IMG/VR virus record: IMGVR_UViG_3300046171_000182
Coordinates: 32,001-96,000 of that record
Length of the DNA: 64,000 nt
Source of the DNA: a virus
Reading direction: 5' to 3' (one strand)
Shown: piece after piece, positions 1 to 10,202 of the stretch
How positions within the stretch are numbered: position 1 is the stretch's first letter
Layout of the letters: every line of letters starts with the position of its first letter
Notes under the pieces: model-generated
What the model was told of the DNA's origin: nothing
The model's input: only the letters and a program-made list of their open reading frames with translations
The model's database searches: none
Translations under genes and position numbers: made by a program

Positions 1-2
1 AA

Positions 3-392
3 ACAAGTTTAGACGAATCATCTAGACAAACCCCAATGTTACACGCAAAATATTTAGAGCTTCTTTCTACAATGAAATTGAGGCTAAAGAAAGCTGAGCA
101 ACAACAGAAAATATTACTTAAAGACAAATGGCTTTATTATAATGGAAAAATGGATCAGGATCAAATAATTGAAAAAGGGTGGAAGCCAGACCCTTTTGAT
201 GGACTTAAAATTCTTAAAGGTGAAATGGATTACTACTACGATTCCGATCCAGAAATTCAGCAGTCTGTTGAGAAAATAGAGTATTTAAAAACTATAATAG
301 ATACTTTAAATGAGATTATGAATAACGTAAATTGGAGACATCAGACTATCGGTAATATGATCAAATGGAGGATCTTCGAAAGTGGTGGCTAA
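3..392 (+). CDS. uvsY: Recombination mediator UvsY (5'-truncated by window)
   Basis: Frame open from the window start; C-terminal ...IMNNVNWRHQTIGNMIKWRIFESGG typical of T4-like UvsY; lies upstream of uvsW. Confidence 0.85.
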   Translation, partial: TSLDESSRQTPMLHAKYLELLSTMKLRLKKAEQQQKILLKDKWLYYNGKMDQDQIIEKGWKPDPFDGLKILKGEMDYYYDSDPEIQQSVEKIEYLKTIIDTLNEIMNNVNWRHQTIGNMIKWRIFESGG

Positions 393-552
393 ATATAATA
401 GAGAGTTTAAACTAAACCCTAAAGATATTGAAATAATTGAAAATGCGTTAATAAAATATCAAAGAGATGATGCTAAAGCGACTGAGATATTAGCAAAACT
501 ATATCACCAAAAAGTATGGTACAGACCAGATGAGAATTTTGTAAGTGGCTAA
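385..552 (+). CDS. Small hypothetical protein (55 aa, MAKYNREFKL...KLYHQKVWYRPDENFVSG)
   Basis: GTG-start ORF filling the uvsY-uvsW gap and overlapping both; translated by hand, below the ORF-track cutoff. Confidence 0.6.
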   Translation: MAKYNREFKLNPKDIEIIENALIKYQRDDAKATEILAKLYHQKVWYRPDENFVSG

Positions 553-2062
553 CATTAAAATATGGAAGAAAAATGAAAGTATAGCTTTAGTTGATTGCGA
601 TCCTGGTATTGCTCAAGGCTTAAGTGAGTATTTTTCTTTCTTTGTTCCTGGTTACAAGTACATGAAATTGTACAAACGTAAAATATGGGACGGCAAAATT
701 AGATTATTTAATGTTAACTCCCATGAGTTACCAGCCGGATTATATCCTTTTGTAGAAGAGTTTTGTAAAAGAAATAATTATAGCTTACTTACTAAATCTT
801 CTGATTATGGATCTTTATTAGATAAAGACGAACAAGATCCTAATCAAATTTATGAATATATAAAAGATTTAAATTTAACTAGCCGCGGGCAACCTATTGA
901 GATTCGTGACTATCAGTTTGATGCCGTCATGAAAGCATTAAACTTAAATCGCTGTGTATTACTGTCTCCGACAGGATCCGGCAAGTCACTTATAATCTAT
1001 TGCTTATCTCAAATCTGGCTTAAATATTTAACAGATGGATTAAGATACCCTCATGCTGGTAAAGTATTAGTAGTAGTACCTACAACATCTCTCGTTGAAC
1101 AAATGCAAAAAGATTTTGTTGATTATGGTTTAGGTGAAAAAGCTATACATAAGATATATTCTGGCAAAGACAAAGATAATATAAATTCTGCTATTGTTAT
1201 ATCTACATGGCAATCAATATATAAGTTGCCAAAGGAATGGTTTGATCAGTTTGGTATGGTAATCGGCGATGAATGTCATGGGTTTAAATCAAAGTCATTA
1301 ACTGACATTATGAACAAATGTACCGAAGCAAAGTATAGAATTGGCACAACCGGTACTCTGGACAATGCACAAGTCCATCACCTCGTCCTACAAGGCTTGT
1401 TTGGAAAAATCCATAGGGTAACAACAACCAAAGCTCTGCAAGACAATAATACTCTTGCCAAACTCGATATAAATATAATTATGTTAAAATACAAAGAAGA
1501 GACACGTAAGTCTCTTGGGAAGATGACATATCAGGATGAAATTGATTGGATCGTTAGAAATAATTCTCGCAACTCTTTCATTCGCAATTTGGCTTTGGAT
1601 GCTGATGGCAATACTCTCGTCTTATTTAATTTTGTTGATAAGCATGGTAAACCTCTCTTTGATATGATTAATGACAAAGTTGAAGAAGGAAGAAAAGTAT
1701 TTTACGTATCAGGTGAAGTAGAAACGTCAGATAGAGAAGCTATAAGAGAGATTACGGAGAAACAAAAAAATGCTATCATTGTTGCAAGCTTGGGTACATT
1801 TAGTACAGGAATCAACATTAAAAATTTGCATAATATTGTTTTCGCCTCGCCGTCAAAATCGCAAATCAAAGTTCTTCAATCAATCGGCAGAGGACTCAGA
1901 AAAGCGGATGATGGCCGCCACACAAGACTATTCGATATCGCAGACGACTTACACACGAAAAGCAGGAAAAACTACGCGCTCCTCCACTCCGAGGAAAGAG
2001 TAAAAATATATAATAAAGAAAAATTTGATTATAAAATCATAGAGGTGCCAATTGGAAATTAG
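545..2062 (+). CDS. uvsW: UvsW SF2 DNA/RNA helicase
   Basis: SPTGSGKS, DECH and QSIGRGLR motifs; WDGKIRLF N-terminal motif; synteny with uvsY. Confidence 0.95.
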   Translation: MANIKIWKKNESIALVDCDPGIAQGLSEYFSFFVPGYKYMKLYKRKIWDGKIRLFNVNSHELPAGLYPFVEEFCKRNNYSLLTKSSDYGSLLDKDEQDPNQIYEYIKDLNLTSRGQPIEIRDYQFDAVMKALNLNRCVLLSPTGSGKSLIIYCLSQIWLKYLTDGLRYPHAGKVLVVVPTTSLVEQMQKDFVDYGLGEKAIHKIYSGKDKDNINSAIVISTWQSIYKLPKEWFDQFGMVIGDECHGFKSKSLTDIMNKCTEAKYRIGTTGTLDNAQVHHLVLQGLFGKIHRVTTTKALQDNNTLAKLDINIIMLKYKEETRKSLGKMTYQDEIDWIVRNNSRNSFIRNLALDADGNTLVLFNFVDKHGKPLFDMINDKVEEGRKVFYVSGEVETSDREAIREITEKQKNAIIVASLGTFSTGINIKNLHNIVFASPSKSQIKVLQSIGRGLRKADDGRHTRLFDIADDLHTKSRKNYALLHSEERVKIYNKEKFDYKIIEVPIGN

Positions 2063-2495
2063 ACAATTTAAATTAGCTAACAATGATGAAATCATGTGTG
2101 AAGTGGTTGAGTACCATGAAGAAGATGATGCAATCGTTATACGCAGAACCATGAAAATGGTACAGATGGACAATATGACAAACGGTACTCGTTATTACGC
2201 ATTCCGTCCGTTTATGATGTATCAGATGACAAAAGAAGCTTTTCAAATTATAAATTGCGGGCATATTATTTCAGAAGCAAATCCTAATCAAGATCTTATT
2301 TTAGAATATTTCAAAGCAATAGAAGTCGCGATGGAAGATGAAGTTGGCTCCGAAGAAAATATGGATGATATGAGAAGTAAGTATAATGAATTTGTAAAAA
2401 AACAACATGAAATGTTAATGTCTGATTTCGACGCAGATTCTGAATCAGGAAGTAACGTAATTAAGTTTACCGTTGATAAAAATAAGATGCATTAA
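2052..2495 (+). CDS. T4-like hypothetical protein
   Basis: 147 aa ORF between uvsW and gp55. Confidence 0.6.
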   Translation: MEIRQFKLANNDEIMCEVVEYHEEDDAIVIRRTMKMVQMDNMTNGTRYYAFRPFMMYQMTKEAFQIINCGHIISEANPNQDLILEYFKAIEVAMEDEVGSEENMDDMRSKYNEFVKKQHEMLMSDFDADSESGSNVIKFTVDKNKMH

Positions 2496-2532
2496 TAAGA
2501 GGTATACTGTCCACCCTCAAGCTTACTCTTTT

Positions 2533-2561
2533 ATTATACACCAGTTTTCTAGTATTGTACA
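2533..2561 (-). promoter_or_regulatory. Minus-strand copy of the phage early-type promoter
   Basis: Reverse complement reads AATTAACTG-TGTACA-N17-TATAAT. Confidence 0.65.
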
Positions 2562-2594
2562 CAGTTAATTTAGCAAAAATAAATATTTTTTTAG

Positions 2595-2623
2595 TGTACA
2601 TCCGTGGCAAAACGTGATAGAAT
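2595..2623 (+). promoter_or_regulatory. Early/middle-type promoter for gp55
   Basis: TGTACA-N17-TAGAAT with TG just upstream of the -10. Confidence 0.75.
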
Positions 2624-2645
2624 TATATTATATTAAGGATATATT

Positions 2646-3224
2646 ATGAAACCTAAAGATCGCCCTCATTACGTAAATAATGCACAATTTTCAGCAGCAG
2701 TAGTAGAATATGTGACGACAGTCCGTGAAGCAAAGGAAAAGGAAAGTAAGCTTCCTATTGTTCCTGACTATATTGCTACGTGCTTTCTTAAAATTGCAGA
2801 AGGACTTTCCCATAAATCTAATTTTATACGATATACGTATCGAGAAGAGATGGTTATGGACGCAGTCGAAAACTGTCTTAAAGCAATTGAAAACTATAAC
2901 CTAGAAGCAGCTACACGATCTGGTAAACCTAATGCATTTGCATACTTTACCCAGATTTCATGGTATGCATTCTTACGGCGTATTGCTAAAGAAAAGAAAC
3001 AACAAGATATTAAATTTAAATATATGTCGCAGTCAGGAGTAGAAGCTTTTTTACTAGACGAAACAGATAATAGCGTAGCAGCTCATTTTGTTGATACTCT
3101 GAAAGATAGAATAGAAAAAATAAAAGATTTCGATACTGAAGTAAAAGTATTTGCTAAAAAAGAAAAGAAACGAAAAAGGCCAATACAAAAAGTAGATTCG
3201 GATCTGACAGGCTTTTTTAAATGA
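2646..3224 (+). CDS. gp55: Late-transcription sigma factor gp55
   Basis: HYVNN start, NFIRYTYREEMVMDAVENC and NAFAYFTQI motifs. Confidence 0.95.
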   Translation: MKPKDRPHYVNNAQFSAAVVEYVTTVREAKEKESKLPIVPDYIATCFLKIAEGLSHKSNFIRYTYREEMVMDAVENCLKAIENYNLEAATRSGKPNAFAYFTQISWYAFLRRIAKEKKQQDIKFKYMSQSGVEAFLLDETDNSVAAHFVDTLKDRIEKIKDFDTEVKVFAKKEKKRKRPIQKVDSDLTGFFK

Positions 3225-4282
3225 AGGTAGCAATTATTAATGACACTCATTGTGGGATTCGCAATAGCTCTGACGTCTTTCTCGATAATGCAGAGAAATT
3301 TTATAATGATGTATTTTTTCCTACTCTTTTGGAACGGGGTATTAGCCATATTATCCATCTTGGCGATTACTTTGATCACCGGAAGTTTATCAATTTCCGT
3401 GCCCTTAACCGTAACCGGCATGTATTTCTTGAACGGCTTAGGAAAGAACGAATAACAATGGATATTATTTGTGGTAATCATGATACTTACTACAAAAATA
3501 CTAATGAGTTAAACTCACTCAAAGAATTACTAGGACATTATATGAATGAGGTTCATATTATACATGAGCCTACAGTTATGGAATACGGTTCTTTAAAGAT
3601 GGGTATGGTTCCATGGATATGTGACGAGAACCATGATAAGACTATGGAGTTTTTAAAGACTGCTAAGTGTGATTGGATCGGTGGTCATTTTGAGTTTGCA
3701 GGATTCAGCGTATTACGTGGCGTACTTGCTCCGCATGGATTAGATCACACACAATTATCACGATTTGAAAAAGTATTATCTGGTCATTATCATACAAAGT
3801 CTCAAAAAGATAATGTAACATATCTTGGCACGCAAATGGAATTCTCTTGGAATGATGCACACGATCCTAAGCATTTTCATATTCTCGATACAGAAACACG
3901 TGAGCTAGAAGCCATACAAAATAATAACACTTTATTTCAAAAAATAGTGTACAACGACGATGAAATAGATTATAATAAATATAACGTAACTGATTTAGAC
4001 GGTAAGTTTGTCAAGGTAGTTGTTGTCAATAAAAAAGATCTATTTACATTTGATAGATTTATTGACAGAATACAGAACAGAAAGATTCACGATCTTAAGA
4101 TTGCTGAAAACTTCGATGAGTTTTTAGGATCTAGCGTAGAGGATGAATCCGTTTCTATTGAAGAAACAACTGAACTATTAGATACGTATATTGAAGCAGT
4201 AGAAACTGATCTTGATAAAGGCAGGTTAAAACTTTCTATGCGTAATCTTATGACTGAAGCACAGGCTATCGAAACAGTATGA
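3221..4282 (+). CDS. gp47: Recombination endonuclease subunit gp47 (Mre11/SbcD-like)
   Basis: DTH, GDYFD, GNHD and SGHYH metallophosphoesterase motifs. Confidence 0.95.
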   Translation: MKVAIINDTHCGIRNSSDVFLDNAEKFYNDVFFPTLLERGISHIIHLGDYFDHRKFINFRALNRNRHVFLERLRKERITMDIICGNHDTYYKNTNELNSLKELLGHYMNEVHIIHEPTVMEYGSLKMGMVPWICDENHDKTMEFLKTAKCDWIGGHFEFAGFSVLRGVLAPHGLDHTQLSRFEKVLSGHYHTKSQKDNVTYLGTQMEFSWNDAHDPKHFHILDTETRELEAIQNNNTLFQKIVYNDDEIDYNKYNVTDLDGKFVKVVVVNKKDLFTFDRFIDRIQNRKIHDLKIAENFDEFLGSSVEDESVSIEETTELLDTYIEAVETDLDKGRLKLSMRNLMTEAQAIETV

Positions 4283-6009
4283 TCGTATTTACATCGTTAA
4301 AGTTTAAGAATTTCCTATCTACTGGAAATGCTTGGACTGATATTAAACTAGATAAATCTAAGTCTACCTTGATTGTAGGCCAAAATGGTGCTGGTAAATC
4401 TACCATGCTAGATGCTATTGCATTTGGTTTGTTTGGTAAACCACACCGTAATATCAATAAACCTCAGCTAATTAATACTATCAACAATAAGAACTGTATC
4501 GTTGAAGTAACTTTTGTAATAGGTAAAGCAAAATATAAAATTATACGTGGCATAAAGCCAAACGTATTTGAGATTTGGAAGAATGGTGATATGATTAATC
4601 AATCATCTCATTCCAAAGAGTACCAGAAGATTCTCGAGCAAAACATCTTGAAGCTAAATCATAAAAGTTTTCATCAGATTGTCGTCTTGGGGTCCTCCTC
4701 CTTTGTTCCTTTCATGCAACTCCCTGCACAACATCGACGAGATGTGATCGAGGATCTTCTGGACATTAACGTATTCTCAAAAATGAATAGTCTTCTAAAA
4801 GAAAAGACTACTACTCTAAAAGACAAAATGAAAGATTTGTCCTTTAAGTTTGATGTTGAAACAAATAAAATTACTACGCAGAAAAAATATATCTCCGATA
4901 TTAAAGCATTAAATAATTCTGAAAAAGAAAAGAAAGATTCTCGCATTAAAGAATTAAATGCTGAGATTAAGGATCTACAAGATGAAAATGCAATTGCGTC
5001 ACAGGAAGTTGAAGAAAAGCAAAAACCACTTGAAGAAGAACTCAACAAGGTTCATGACAAAAGGCAATCTATTGTCCAATACCAAGCGCAGTTCAGACAG
5101 CAAATGTCCCAGGTTGTTAAAGACTCAAAATTCTATGAAGATAACGAGACGTGTCCAACATGCAGCCAAGATATTAGTAATGAACTCAGATCATCGAAGC
5201 TGGCTGATTCCAAAGCTAAAGCGAAAGAGCTTAAAGAAGCTATGGACCATGCCTTTGAAAAGTCGACTGATATTCAAACAAATATCGACCGGATCACGGA
5301 TGAACTCACTAGAGTGCGATCGAAGCAGTCAGACATTCATTCTAACAATCAAGCAATCACCAGGATCCAAAACGAAATACAAAATTTGGAGACAGAATTA
5401 AATCAAACAGGCGATCTTGAATCTGCAAAAGAAGAACTTGAGGCAATGCAAAATATTGCTAATGAGTTTAACATGTCTAAGTTTCAGTTAAATGATGAAT
5501 ACGCATATAATAATGTTATGTCAGAGATGCTGAAAGATACAGGCATTAAGACAAAGATCATTAAACAATACATACCTGTTATTAATAAATTAGTAAATCA
5601 ATATTTGCAGATATTAGATTTTTATGTGCATTTTGATTTAGATGAAAGCTTTACCGAAACGATTCGATCACGTCATAGAGATCAGTTTTCATACGATTCC
5701 TTTTCTGAAGGTGAAAAGCAACGTATTGACTTAGCTTTATTATTTACATGGCGGATGATTGCTAAAATGAAAAACTCAATATCAACAAATCTTCTCTTAC
5801 TTGATGAAACATTTGATTCAAGCTTAGATCACGATGGTGTTGAGAACCTAATGAAGATTCTACATTCTCTTGATGAGAATTCGAATACGTTTATTATATC
5901 GCACAAGGGTGATATTCTTGACGGTAAGTTTAAAGATAAGATAGAATTTGTAAAAGAAAAGAATTTTAGCAAAATAAAAGATTTACAAGTCCTAGAAGAT
6001 GTGGTATAA
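4279..6009 (+). CDS. gp46: Recombination ATPase gp46 (Rad50/SbcC-like)
   Basis: GQNGAGKS, CPTC zinc hook, FSEGEK signature, LLDE Walker B. Confidence 0.95.
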   Translation: MIVFTSLKFKNFLSTGNAWTDIKLDKSKSTLIVGQNGAGKSTMLDAIAFGLFGKPHRNINKPQLINTINNKNCIVEVTFVIGKAKYKIIRGIKPNVFEIWKNGDMINQSSHSKEYQKILEQNILKLNHKSFHQIVVLGSSSFVPFMQLPAQHRRDVIEDLLDINVFSKMNSLLKEKTTTLKDKMKDLSFKFDVETNKITTQKKYISDIKALNNSEKEKKDSRIKELNAEIKDLQDENAIASQEVEEKQKPLEEELNKVHDKRQSIVQYQAQFRQQMSQVVKDSKFYEDNETCPTCSQDISNELRSSKLADSKAKAKELKEAMDHAFEKSTDIQTNIDRITDELTRVRSKQSDIHSNNQAITRIQNEIQNLETELNQTGDLESAKEELEAMQNIANEFNMSKFQLNDEYAYNNVMSEMLKDTGIKTKIIKQYIPVINKLVNQYLQILDFYVHFDLDESFTETIRSRHRDQFSYDSFSEGEKQRIDLALLFTWRMIAKMKNSISTNLLLLDETFDSSLDHDGVENLMKILHSLDENSNTFIISHKGDILDGKFKDKIEFVKEKNFSKIKDLQVLEDVV

Positions 6010-6010
6010 T
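5982..6010 (+). promoter_or_regulatory. Early/middle-type promoter for gp45
   Basis: TTTACA-N17-TATAAT with TGG before the -10. Confidence 0.75.
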
Positions 6011-6034
6011 AGATAGATAATCAAGGAGTATATA

Positions 6035-6709
6035 ATGGAACTGAAAGACGAAACACTTTCTGTATTGAAGAATTACGCATCAATAAATCCTAACATCGTA
6101 ATTCAACAAGGTAATACAATCAAAACAATGACTGAAGCACGTAATGTGTTATCTTCGGCCACACTTGGCGAAGACTTTCCACAAGAGTTTGGCATCTATG
6201 ATCTTAATGAGTTTCTTGGTGTTATTAATCTTGTCGGAGAACCAAGACTTAAATTTGAAAATGACTACGTAGTTGTTACAGATAGTAGCAATCGTTCTCG
6301 TGTCAAATACTTTTACTCTGATCCAGAGATGTTGACAACTCCCACTAAAGATGTGAAAATGCCACCGGCTGATGTGTCATTCATTTTAGATAACGATACA
6401 TTAGGTCGTATTAAAAGAGCAGCGTCAACACTTGGACATTCAGAACTTTCTATTACAGGAAATGACGGCGTACTAAGCCTATCAGTTGTTGATAGTCAAA
6501 ACGCTACATCGAATGCGTTCTCTATTGATGTGAGTGGAGATTTTGCTGGAGATAACTTTAACTTCGTGTTTAATATTGCAAATCTGAAAATGATCCCGGG
6601 CGATTACGAAGTTGGTATTTCATCTAAACTAATTTCACATTTTGTTAACAAAGAAATGGGCATTGAATATTGGATTGCCCTTGAAAAGACATCAACCTTC
6701 GGAGTATAA
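6035..6709 (+). CDS. gp45: Sliding clamp gp45
   Basis: LKNYASINP, FGIYDLNEFL, YWIALE; synteny. Confidence 0.95.
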   Translation: MELKDETLSVLKNYASINPNIVIQQGNTIKTMTEARNVLSSATLGEDFPQEFGIYDLNEFLGVINLVGEPRLKFENDYVVVTDSSNRSRVKYFYSDPEMLTTPTKDVKMPPADVSFILDNDTLGRIKRAASTLGHSELSITGNDGVLSLSVVDSQNATSNAFSIDVSGDFAGDNFNFVFNIANLKMIPGDYEVGISSKLISHFVNKEMGIEYWIALEKTSTFGV

Positions 6710-6710
6710 T

Positions 6711-6944
6711 ATGTCAGATAAAAAAGAAGAAACAACAGAAGCAGCTATCGATCCTCATGCTCCTATGTATGAAACATCAAATCGTGCTGCGCGCAGTATG
6801 ATTGCTGTTGTTGATACCATGTGTCAACGTGGCGGATTTAAAGGTGAAGAGCTTTCTACTATTGGTACGCTCCGCGATCAATGTGTACAATTAATTCAAA
6901 TGGCAGAGAACTATCAGCAGGAGCAAGCTCAAGCTGAAAAATAA
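6711..6944 (+). CDS. Hypothetical protein
   Basis: ATG with GGAG RBS directly after gp45. Confidence 0.6.
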   Translation: MSDKKEETTEAAIDPHAPMYETSNRAARSMIAVVDTMCQRGGFKGEELSTIGTLRDQCVQLIQMAENYQQEQAQAEK

Positions 6945-6973
6945 TGTACTTTCCTATTGAACTGTGTTATAAT
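6945..6973 (+). promoter_or_regulatory. Early/middle-type promoter for gp44
   Basis: TGTACT-N17-TATAAT. Confidence 0.7.
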
Positions 6974-6992
6974 ATATTATGAAGGAAAGACT

Positions 6993-7931
6993 ATGTCAAA
7001 TGAATTTTTATGGGTCGAGAAATATCGACCAAAAGTAATTTCTGAAACAGTACTGCCTCCCCGATTAAAAGATGTGTTTCAGAAAATGGTGGATACTGGT
7101 GAATTGCCTAATATGCTTTTCACTGGTACTGCCGGTTTAGGCAAAACAACAGTTGCTAAAGCATTATGCGATGAACTAGGATTAGATTACATTGTAATTA
7201 ATGGTTCAGAAGAAGGCAACATTGATACGCTTCGTGGTAAAATAAAACAATTTGCGTCCTCTGTATCTTTACAGGGTGGCGTTAAAGTCGTTATATTAGA
7301 CGAAGCAGACTACTTAAATCCTCAATCTACTCAACCTGCTCTTCGCGGTTTTATTGAAGAGTTTAGTAATAATTGTAGATTCATTCTCACCTGCAATTTT
7401 AAGAATCGTATTATTGAGCCACTTCATTCTCGGTGTGGCGTTTATGAATTTAATACGACTAAAAAAGAAATGGCAGAGCTCGCCGCTGAGTTCTTTAAAC
7501 GGTTTATAAATATACTAAATCATGAAGGCGTAACGTTCGAGAAAAATGCCGCGGCAGATCTCGTTATGAAATACGCTCCAGATTGGAGGAGAGTATTAAA
7601 TGAAGGGCAAAGGGGTGGATTTAGTGATAGCGGCATTAATGGTAACAATAATAGTAATGGCATTGCTTCCATTAATGATCTCGCCAAGCACTTAAAAGAA
7701 AAAGACTTTAAGAAGATGAGGCATTGGGTCGCTAATAATATGGATGTCGACGCATCATCTATCTTTCGTGGATTATATGATAATATGGCAGAAGTAGTTG
7801 CCAGCAGATCGATACCACAACTCGTTCTTATATTAGCGGACTACCAATATAAACATGCCTTTGTGGCAGACCATGAGTTAAACGTTGTAGCTTGTATGAC
7901 GGAGATAATGGCAAACGTAGAATTTAAGTAA
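6993..7931 (+). CDS. gp44: Clamp loader large subunit gp44
   Basis: LWVEKYRP, GTAGLGKT, DEAD and SRC motifs of RFC-type AAA+ ATPases. Confidence 0.95.
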   Translation: MSNEFLWVEKYRPKVISETVLPPRLKDVFQKMVDTGELPNMLFTGTAGLGKTTVAKALCDELGLDYIVINGSEEGNIDTLRGKIKQFASSVSLQGGVKVVILDEADYLNPQSTQPALRGFIEEFSNNCRFILTCNFKNRIIEPLHSRCGVYEFNTTKKEMAELAAEFFKRFINILNHEGVTFEKNAAADLVMKYAPDWRRVLNEGQRGGFSDSGINGNNNSNGIASINDLAKHLKEKDFKKMRHWVANNMDVDASSIFRGLYDNMAEVVASRSIPQLVLILADYQYKHAFVADHELNVVACMTEIMANVEFK

Positions 7932-8134
7932 TGAAAGAATTTGTATTAGTAATTAGCATGTGGGGTAATAATGGCACCGCATGGGAATATATAGGTAATC
8001 AATATGTGATGAATGAAAAATTTACAGAAGCTCAATGCGAGATTCTAGTAGATAATTCTAATTGGAAAAAGCATATAATAAACGAATACTATAAATTACA
8101 ATTTAATTGTTTTCACGAGGACGACCATAACTAA
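7931..8134 (+). CDS. Hypothetical protein
   Basis: 67 aa ORF with coupled start/stop codons on both sides. Confidence 0.55.
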   Translation: MKEFVLVISMWGNNGTAWEYIGNQYVMNEKFTEAQCEILVDNSNWKKHIINEYYKLQFNCFHEDDHN

Positions 8135-9174
8135 TGTTAGTATTATATACGCAACCTAGATGTCACTATTGTGAGATCATGAAAAGGATGCTGAGTAAAA
8201 TGGACGAGGTCGAAGGCTTTCAAACCTTAGACATTACTAAAGATCCTGAAGCTAGAGCCTTTCTAAAAAAGAAAGGTCACAAAACCGTTCCTATGCTTTA
8301 TTTGAAAGTGCCTGATCACGAGATATGGATTAATAAAGATATTGATACTAGAAAGCTAACCGGTGAAAACTTAGGTAAAAGAATAACAGATGCTATAGCA
8401 CAGACAAAAAAGGATAACTGTCTAGTATTTGATGTTGATGGTACGTTAACACCAAGTAGAGAAAAGATTGATCCTGCACATGCAGAAATAATAATGGATC
8501 TTGCTAGTAAGGTCGACGTTTACCTTATAACAGGATCAGACTTTCCAAAAACAAAAGAACAATTAGGCGACATTACTAAAGTTGTAAAAGGTTCCTATCA
8601 ATGTGCAGGCAATGAATTATGGGTAAATGATAAGTTAGTTCAATCTGTTCCTGAATTTAATATGTCTAAAGTAATGGTACAATGGTGTAAGCAAAAACTA
8701 GAAGAAAGTAGATTTCCACACAGAACCGGCAAGAAGCATATTGACCTTCGTCCAGGTATGATGAACTTTTCTATTCTAGGTAGAGGCTGTACTAAGGCTC
8801 AAAGAAAACAATACATTGATTATGACACAAAAAATAATGAGAGAGAAGTTTTAGCAAGCGAGTTTAATTCAATATTCCATACATACTCTGCTCAAATAGC
8901 TGGAGAAACAGGTATCGACGTGTGCGAACGAGGAAGAGATAAAGGACAGGTGTACAAACCGCTAGAAACATTGTATAATAGTATTATCTTCTTTGGCGAT
9001 GATACGCAAGAAGGTGGGAACGATTATCCGTTTGCCAAGCAAATAGAAGGATTCCCGCATCGATGTTTTCATGTCAGCGGACCGGAAGAAACATTTGAAT
9101 CTCTAGAAGGCATTAAAAGATTATTCATTGACTCTTGGCCTGGTCAAGACGGTGGAATAGAAGGACAGCTATGA
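8134..9174 (+). CDS. Glutaredoxin-like domain fused to HAD-IIB phosphomannomutase-like domain
   Basis: N-terminal CHYC and TVP (Grx/NrdH); then FDVDGTLT, TGSD, NFSILGR and FFGD..GGND (PMM-type HAD). Confidence 0.8.
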   Translation: MLVLYTQPRCHYCEIMKRMLSKMDEVEGFQTLDITKDPEARAFLKKKGHKTVPMLYLKVPDHEIWINKDIDTRKLTGENLGKRITDAIAQTKKDNCLVFDVDGTLTPSREKIDPAHAEIIMDLASKVDVYLITGSDFPKTKEQLGDITKVVKGSYQCAGNELWVNDKLVQSVPEFNMSKVMVQWCKQKLEESRFPHRTGKKHIDLRPGMMNFSILGRGCTKAQRKQYIDYDTKNNEREVLASEFNSIFHTYSAQIAGETGIDVCERGRDKGQVYKPLETLYNSIIFFGDDTQEGGNDYPFAKQIEGFPHRCFHVSGPEETFESLEGIKRLFIDSWPGQDGGIEGQL

Positions 9175-9557
9175 ATCCATTTGATTATTTAAATTCTATT
9201 AACACTACAAAAAAAGATGTTATAATAGACGACATAACAGAAAAAGCGTACAACAGTTTTATGGTTAATCGCTCACTTTCTTACTTTAATGATACCGTCG
9301 TACTAGCTAATGAGATGAACCGCTACCACAACCTTGATAATAAACTACAATTCGACTTTCTTATAAATATGGTTAGAAAGCGTAAACGCTTTTCTAAATG
9401 GATAAAGCCTCAAATTGAGAGTGACGTCGAAGTGGTAAAAGAATATTATGGCTATAGCAATGAGAAAGCTCGTCAAGTATTGCCGCTTCTGTCACCCGAA
9501 CAAATAAATGGGTTAAAGAAGAAGGTGAATAAAGGTGGAAGAACAAGCACTAGTTGA
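9171..9557 (+). CDS. gp62: Clamp loader small subunit gp62
   Basis: MNPFDYLNSIN, RKRKRFSKW, VKEYYGYSNEKA. Confidence 0.92.
   Translation: MNPFDYLNSINTTKKDVIIDDITEKAYNSFMVNRSLSYFNDTVVLANEMNRYHNLDNKLQFDFLINMVRKRKRFSKWIKPQIESDVEVVKEYYGYSNEKARQVLPLLSPEQINGLKKKVNKGGRTSTS
9362..9369 (+). promoter_or_regulatory. T4-type late promoter TATAAATA upstream of regA
   Basis: Exact gp55 consensus inside gp62. Confidence 0.5.
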
Positions 9558-9945
9558 GTGGTCTCCAACTTCAATGTTGGAAATAACTCTAAGCGAACCA
9601 GATGATTTTCTAAAGGTTCGTGAAACACTGACACGAATAGGTGTCGCATCCCGAAAAGATAAAAAATTATTTCAGTCTTGCCATATATTACATAAGCAAG
9701 GCAGATATTTTATCGTACATTTTAAAGAACTATTCTTACTTGACGGTAAGAAAGCTAATCTAGAAGAAAACGACGTAGCTCGTAGAAATACTATTACTAC
9801 TTTGATGTCAGACTGGGGTTTAGTTGAAATTCAAAATAATGAAGAAGCTAAACCGCTAGCACCATTACGACAGATAAAGATTATTCCGTTTAAAGAGAAA
9901 GATCAATGGGAGCTTTGTCCTAAATATAATATCGGAAATAAGTAG
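9535..9945 (+). CDS. regA: Translational repressor RegA
   Basis: DDFLKVRETLTRIG and CHILHKQGRYFIVHFKELF. Confidence 0.95.
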   Translation: MEEQALVEWSPTSMLEITLSEPDDFLKVRETLTRIGVASRKDKKLFQSCHILHKQGRYFIVHFKELFLLDGKKANLEENDVARRNTITTLMSDWGLVEIQNNEEAKPLAPLRQIKIIPFKEKDQWELCPKYNIGNK

Positions 9946-9948
9946 TAA

Positions 9949-10128
9949 ATGGCCGAAAACCTATATGTAACTCCTTGTGTTGGGATCTGTACTTTAGATC
10001 CTGACACTAGGATGTGCATTGCGTGCAAGCGTACTAGTGAAGAAATAACTTGCTGGATAAAATATACGCATGATGAACGCATGGCTATTATGAATAGACT
10101 AGGTTACGGAAAAAGACGTAAAAAATGA
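9949..10128 (+). CDS. DUF1289-like Cys-rich small protein (59 aa)
   Basis: TPCVGICTLD...CIACKRTSEEI..W pattern; translated by hand. Confidence 0.75.
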   Translation: MAENLYVTPCVGICTLDPDTRMCIACKRTSEEITCWIKYTHDERMAIMNRLGYGKRRKK

Positions 10129-10138
10129 ATAGCGGCTA

Positions 10139-10171
10139 TGTACATTTGACATAGCAACCACTATATAAATA
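10139..10171 (+). promoter_or_regulatory. Overlapping early-type (TGTACA-N17-TATATA) and late (TATAAATA 10164-10171) promoters for hsp20
   Basis: Direct motif matches. Confidence 0.6.
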
Positions 10172-10202
10172 CTACGGGTGCAGAATATTCTGGCCCATAC
10201 TA

